Positions 36,946 through 41,189 of a stretch of 41,189 nucleotides of DNA are shown in pieces. Source of the stretch: Candidatus Bathyarchaeota archaeon (GTDB taxonomy: Archaea; Thermoproteota; Bathyarchaeia; Bathyarchaeales; Bathyarchaeaceae); contig JASFPO010000003.1 in the NCBI GenBank assembly GCA_050115935.1, positions 1-41,189 on the forward strand, given 5' to 3'. The stretch's first letter is position 1, and each line of letters starts with the position of its first letter. Position numbers and translations under genes: made by a program. The notes below the pieces were generated by a model. That model did no database searches, was not told where the DNA came from, and saw nothing but the letters and a program-made list of their open reading frames with translations.

Positions 36946-36988
36946 AAGCGCTCTGTTTCACCTTTCTAGCTTTTATAGAGGGGACAGA

Positions 36989-37243
36989 TTGCGAAGATTG
37001 GGCCACGTGCTTCATATTAGCTCTTCCAGAAACCTGATTTTAAAGGCAGAGAGGCTTCCAAGAATCAATGACAAAGTTGTTGACGAAAACTTAAAACCAA
37101 TAGGAAGAGTGTTTGACATTTTTGGACCCGTTTCTTCTCCATATGTTGCAGTCAAACCCAACGTAGAAGAAACCCAACGATTTGTAAACCGTGTTCTCTA
37201 TGTATTCCCCTCTCCGAAAAGAAGATGGAAGAAGAAAAAATGA
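36989..37243 (+). CDS. gar1: H/ACA RNP protein Gar1/Naf1
   Basis: LG.VLH, V.D.....IG.V.DIFGPV..PY..VKP. ATGA overlap with tfb. Confidence 0.92.
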   Translation: MRRLGHVLHISSSRNLILKAERLPRINDKVVDENLKPIGRVFDIFGPVSSPYVAVKPNVEETQRFVNRVLYVFPSPKRRWKKKK

Positions 37244-38178
37244 GTGAAGAAAGCGTTTCCACAACCCACCCAAAGGTTCAGCAATGTCCAGAATGCGGAA
37301 GCAACAGGCTCATGAGAGATTACGAATGCGCAGAAATCGTATGCATGAACTGCGGCTTCGTCATAGCAGCCAAACTTGCAGACAGAGGACCTGAATGGCG
37401 TGCATTCAACGACGAACAAAGAGCCAAACGAGCTAGAGTTGGCGCCCCATTAACCTACACCATCCACGACAAAGGACTCTCAACAATGATTGACTGGCAC
37501 GACCGAGACATCTACGGAAAAAGACTCTCCCCAGGCCAAAAAGCCCAAATCTATCGACTGCGAAAGTGGCAACGTAGAATACGCGTTTCAGACGCAACCG
37601 AACGCAATCTCGCATTTGCCTTATCTGAAATTTCGAAAATAGCTAACGCATTAAATCTACCTAAGAACATTTTGGAAACAGCCTCCGTGATCTATCGGAA
37701 AGCTGTAAAGGAGAGACTCATACGGGGAAGATCTATTCAAGGCGTAACCGCAGCCGCCGTCTATGTAGCATGCCGACAATGCGGCTTGGCACGAACCCTT
37801 GAGGAGATTGCTCAAGCTTCCAACATCAGCAAGAAGGAAGTTGGTCGGAGCTATCGCTTCCTCATCAAGGAACTGGACTATTTCATTCCACCTCTGAAAC
37901 CAAGCCAGTACATAACAAAGTTTTCCAACCAGTTAACGATGCAAGGCAAAGTAGAAGAAATAGCCCATAAAATTCTGACTAGAGCAAGAGAACTTAAGCT
38001 TACTTCTGGCCGAGGACCCACCGGCATAGCAGCAGCCGCCAGCTATATTGCTTCGGTGTTAACGGGTGAGCGAAAAACCCAACGCGAAATCGCAGAGATT
38101 GCGCAGGTAACAGAAGTAACGATTCGAAACCGCTACAAGGAACTAGTTGAACGCTTAATGTTTGAGGTCACCATCTAA
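37240..38178 (+). CDS. tfb: Transcription initiation factor IIB
   Basis: Zn ribbon CPEC...CMNC, GPEWRAF, HDKGLST, two cyclin repeats (RGRS, GRGP), [13 protein letters not shown]. Confidence 0.98.
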   Translation: MSEESVSTTHPKVQQCPECGSNRLMRDYECAEIVCMNCGFVIAAKLADRGPEWRAFNDEQRAKRARVGAPLTYTIHDKGLSTMIDWHDRDIYGKRLSPGQKAQIYRLRKWQRRIRVSDATERNLAFALSEISKIANALNLPKNILETASVIYRKAVKERLIRGRSIQGVTAAAVYVACRQCGLARTLEEIAQASNISKKEVGRSYRFLIKELDYFIPPLKPSQYITKFSNQLTMQGKVEEIAHKILTRARELKLTSGRGPTGIAAAASYIASVLTGERKTQREIAEIAQVTEVTIRNRYKELVERLMFEVTI

Positions 38179-38340
38179 TCTTCCTCTTTTGTTTGAATCT
38201 CAAAAGCTATTGACAATACATCTGTCAAGGAAACAACGTCTTAGCCTATTCTCTTTGACAAGTTGCCTTCAACATGCGGTTAGGCATATATCATTTGCTT
38301 CGACCAGTATCTGAACATTGAGATCATCTTGAACAGACGT

Positions 38341-38898
38341 TTACGCTTTGAACCACTTGAAAATGAGGTATTGTGTTTTGGTGTTTTCGGGGTTTGGTAC
38401 AGCTATTATGAATCTTTTTCTCACAGTCGTAGCAAGTCTACCAGCCTTTACGAGTTCTGTAGCTGTAACCTCATCTGTTGATTTCCTAACTGACACCATG
38501 TATGGAGCATGATCAATGCCTGGTCCATGCCTGTAAACAGCAAAGTCGCATCCATATTTGATGCCAGGAGTCACTATCAATCCTGTGTCTCGGAGGTCTT
38601 TGTATACCGAGTACCTTAAGTCGAATTCTTCGTAGAGCTTGCGGGCTCTTTGCCTAAGTTTCTTGAGGCTTACCTTCCCTTTTCTTGGTCCCTCATACAC
38701 AGTTATAATCGCCTTTTCAATTAGATACAAGCCTTCCATAAGGTCAAGAATGAGAGGTACGTTGAATTCGGCTATCTTGGGTTTTGGAATGCCCATCGGC
38801 TTTCCGTAGTACCCCATCTTGAAAAGCTCTGAGCCGTCTTTGGGGTCCCAGACAACCAGAAAGTTTTCAATAAATTCTGTCTGGATTGTTTTGGACAT
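38341..38898 (-). CDS. endA: tRNA-splicing endonuclease, catalytic subunit
   Basis: GIKYGCDFAVY (Tyr), GPGIDHAPY (His), RLATTVRK (Lys). N-terminal YGKPMGIPKPK loop. Confidence 0.93.
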   Translation of the reverse strand: MSKTIQTEFIENFLVVWDPKDGSELFKMGYYGKPMGIPKPKIAEFNVPLILDLMEGLYLIEKAIITVYEGPRKGKVSLKKLRQRARKLYEEFDLRYSVYKDLRDTGLIVTPGIKYGCDFAVYRHGPGIDHAPYMVSVRKSTDEVTATELVKAGRLATTVRKRFIIAVPNPENTKTQYLIFKWFKA

Positions 38899-38914
38899 CT
38901 TCTACAGCTCGTGG

Positions 38915-39574
38915 CTACATGGTGAAAGCTAGTATGCGCGCTGCGTCTGAAGCATCTTCAGCCTTATCCGCTGCATCTTCCATGAGTTGAAGCACGTCTC
39001 TTAGGAGCAACAAAACTGGTATTTCAAGGTGACTATTGAGAATTTTAACTTCAAGCTCGCGGTAGAGGTCGTCAACTGTCCGTTCGGCTGCCTCAACTTC
39101 TCTGGCTTTTTCTGACGTCTTGTTTGAACCATAACTCAGTGTCATGGCGGTTTCTCGCAGTTTATGAATGGTCTCGAAAACTCCTTCTGACAATTTCAGT
39201 AGACTTTTTCTGATATCTGAGGGCACCTTCCACCGTCTCTCCGTGAGTTCGAGCAGACGAAAAGCTATTCCTTCGCAGAAATCGGCGATTTCGTTCGTAA
39301 TACTGGTGAACCGCAAAAAATCTTCTCGGCTCATCAAAATTGCTCCTATTTCAGCCAATTCCTGTACCACAGTGCGTCTGGCATTGTCTACTTCTTCCTC
39401 AGCCTTTCTGATTTCTGCATGCAACTGTTTAACTGCGCTATCTTCTCCGTTGGCAAAACTGTCGATTAGCTGATGCGTCTTGCGAGTAATCTCCACAACC
39501 TTGCGCAGATGCTCCTGACAAATTCTCAGCGCCTTTCGTTTAACTCGCTCTTCTGTCTCCACTGGAAAAACCAC
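38915..39574 (-). CDS. DUF47/PhoU-like phosphate transport regulator
   Basis: Two helical repeats E...D..RR and E...DDLYR, plus REDF and ME.AADKAEDA. Confidence 0.82.
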   Translation of the reverse strand: MVFPVETEERVKRKALRICQEHLRKVVEITRKTHQLIDSFANGEDSAVKQLHAEIRKAEEEVDNARRTVVQELAEIGAILMSREDFLRFTSITNEIADFCEGIAFRLLELTERRWKVPSDIRKSLLKLSEGVFETIHKLRETAMTLSYGSNKTSEKAREVEAAERTVDDLYRELEVKILNSHLEIPVLLLLRDVLQLMEDAADKAEDASDAARILAFTM

Positions 39575-39686
39575 GACTCTCCGCCCTCAAAATTTCCATT
39601 CCGATTTCCAAGATAAAATAGAGTGAACCCTTATTAACCTTTAAGGAAAACTGGACTAGCCTAATACTTCAGGCGAGGCTCATTGA

Positions 39687-40397
39687 TTGACGATCAGAGC
39701 TGTGCTGTTTGACCTTGGGAACACGCTTGTTTGTCAGAACCCCTACAAGACCTTTCAGAAGATACTTGGAAGCCACGGCATAATCAGGACAACGGAGGAG
39801 ATAGAAGAAGCATTCACGAAGGCTGGAAGAGAATTTGACATGGAAAAGTATAGTGGTCTTTCAGCACACGAGTTTTACACGCAGCTGAACATAAACATCT
39901 TGAAGCATTTGGGAATCACAAATTCCAATGCGTTACAAGCGTTGGCAGAGGACATCGACATCCAGTGGTTTAAAGCTTCTAGAGTCCACGTTTACAGCGA
40001 AGCTAAGCAGACTTTGGCTAAACCCAAGAAGATGGGACTTAAACTTGGACTGATAACCGATGGATACAAAAGTGATTTAGAGAAGATACTGCCCAAAACT
40101 GGTCTCCTGAAATTTCTCGACATCTGTGTTTGCGGCGACACTGTAGGAAAACGGAAGCCAAATCCACAAGTTTTCAGGTTTGCGTTGAACAAGCTTGACA
40201 TTCAAGCATCGGAGGCGATTTTTGTTGGAGATCGCATTGAAACAGACTACATTGGTGCAAGGGAAGTTGGGATGAGGCCCATTTTGATTCGAAGAGAAGA
40301 TGGTAAACAAGAGGGTGCTGATATTACGTCCATAGCCAATCTTGAGGAAGTTTTCAAGTCGTTAGAGTCAATGGAAGGGAAAGACAAGAGCTCTTAG
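39687..40397 (+). CDS. HAD-superfamily hydrolase
   Basis: FDLGNTL, KPNPQVF, FVGDRIETDYIGA. Confidence 0.92.
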   Translation: MTIRAVLFDLGNTLVCQNPYKTFQKILGSHGIIRTTEEIEEAFTKAGREFDMEKYSGLSAHEFYTQLNINILKHLGITNSNALQALAEDIDIQWFKASRVHVYSEAKQTLAKPKKMGLKLGLITDGYKSDLEKILPKTGLLKFLDICVCGDTVGKRKPNPQVFRFALNKLDIQASEAIFVGDRIETDYIGAREVGMRPILIRREDGKQEGADITSIANLEEVFKSLESMEGKDKSS

Positions 40398-41189
40398 CTT
40401 TTGACCAGTTCTCCTAAATCCTCGAAGTTCATTTTGCTGCGAAAATATGTATGGAGCAGTTCGGGCAACAGCTCAATCTTGTTTCTAACCTGCTTCCAAG
40501 TATCCCGGTCACGAATGGTCACAGTGCCATCTTTCAGTGTCTGATAGTCAATAGTTACCCCAAGGGGCGTGCCAATCTCATCTGCACGAGCATATCGCCT
40601 GCCAATGGAGCCAGACTCGTCGTATTCAGCCAGAAAGCCTTCGTTGACTAGCAGTTTATGAACCAATTTTGCTTTTTCCGGCAACCCATCTTTTCGGACT
40701 AATGGATAGACGCCTATCTGAACAGGTGCTATGTCTCTTGGAAAACTTAGAACCGTTCGTTTTCCTTTGTTTTCAAGCCCATACTCCACGGCGATGTAAA
40801 CTAGTCGATCTAAGCCAAAGCTAGGCTCAACCACATGAGGAATGAAACGTCTACCTTCCTTGAAAACGCGCATGTCGACTCCGCTGAATTTCATATGCTG
40901 CTTCAAGTCATAATCGGTACGATAGTTGTGTCCAGAAACCTCAACCCAACCCCAGCGTTCTACGTAGATTTCCTGATCAAAACCTTGCAAAGAATAGTGC
41001 GCTCTTTCCCAATCTAGTTTTTCAATGAAGCGTTGTTTCTCCTCAGGCACACCGAGTTCAGTTAAGAAACGTTTAGCTTGAACCATAAAGAAAGCTTGCC
41101 ATTCAGTCTTTATGAACCTTTTAGCCAAAGCACGCTTCACAGTAACCTCAATTGGCTTTTTTTCGCCTTTCAATTTAGCTTCAGCGAGC
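40394..41189 (-). CDS. glyS: Glycyl-tRNA synthetase (alpha2 type), C-terminal part; truncated by the window edge
   Basis: ERAHYS, GWVEVSG, RTDYDL, PHVVEPSFGLDR (motif 3), and anticodon domain SIGRRYARADEIGTP. Confidence 0.95.
   Translation of the reverse strand, partial: LAEAKLKGEKKPIEVTVKRALAKRFIKTEWQAFFMVQAKRFLTELGVPEEKQRFIEKLDWERAHYSLQGFDQEIYVERWGWVEVSGHNYRTDYDLKQHMKFSGVDMRVFKEGRRFIPHVVEPSFGLDRLVYIAVEYGLENKGKRTVLSFPRDIAPVQIGVYPLVRKDGLPEKAKLVHKLLVNEGFLAEYDESGSIGRRYARADEIGTPLGVTIDYQTLKDGTVTIRDRDTWKQVRNKIELLPELLHTYFRSKMNFEDLGELVKS

Noticed and set aside
1-41189. CRISPR array, rRNA, IS/transposase, integrase or provirus
   Set aside because: No regularly spaced direct repeats, rRNA-like sequence or mobile-element protein motifs were seen. 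The remaining short ORF-track entries overlap confidently assigned genes.

Overview
This is an archaeal chromosomal segment. Gene content and style (TFB, aIF-2beta, Topo VI, Topo IB, Srp19, Gar1, rpS8e, DUF2096, a dockerin remnant, a DUF3227-type signalling protein) point to a TACK archaeon, most likely Bathyarchaeia; that assignment is inference. Two housekeeping blocks flank an ~18 kb accessory stretch (9.6-27.7 kb). The left block holds rpo5, smc-scpA-scpB and tRNA-Asn. The right block holds top6AB, KH/Dim2, Rio1, aIF-2beta, rps8e, srp19, gar1, tfb, endA and glyS. The accessory stretch holds MscS, PolX, an M32 peptidase, Topo IB, transporters and a three-gene two-component cassette. The most notable observations are: (1) a stand-alone Rpo5 carrying a eukaryote-type Rpb5 N-terminal jaw-like domain; (2) a tRNA-Asn with a 32-nt intron at non-canonical position 30/31 and a perfect BHB, with an EndA carrying a CSL-type loop in the same window; (3) an insert between srp19 and gar1 holding an unannotated 50-aa ORF, an orphan 170-aa protein and an MNT-HEPN fusion whose RNase motif appears inactivated; (4) a frameshifted dockerin remnant; (5) a probable ACG start codon; (6) aIF-1A absent from its usual slot. 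No CRISPR array, rRNA, transposase, integrase or reverse transcriptase was seen. All family calls are from motif recognition by eye; no database search was run.
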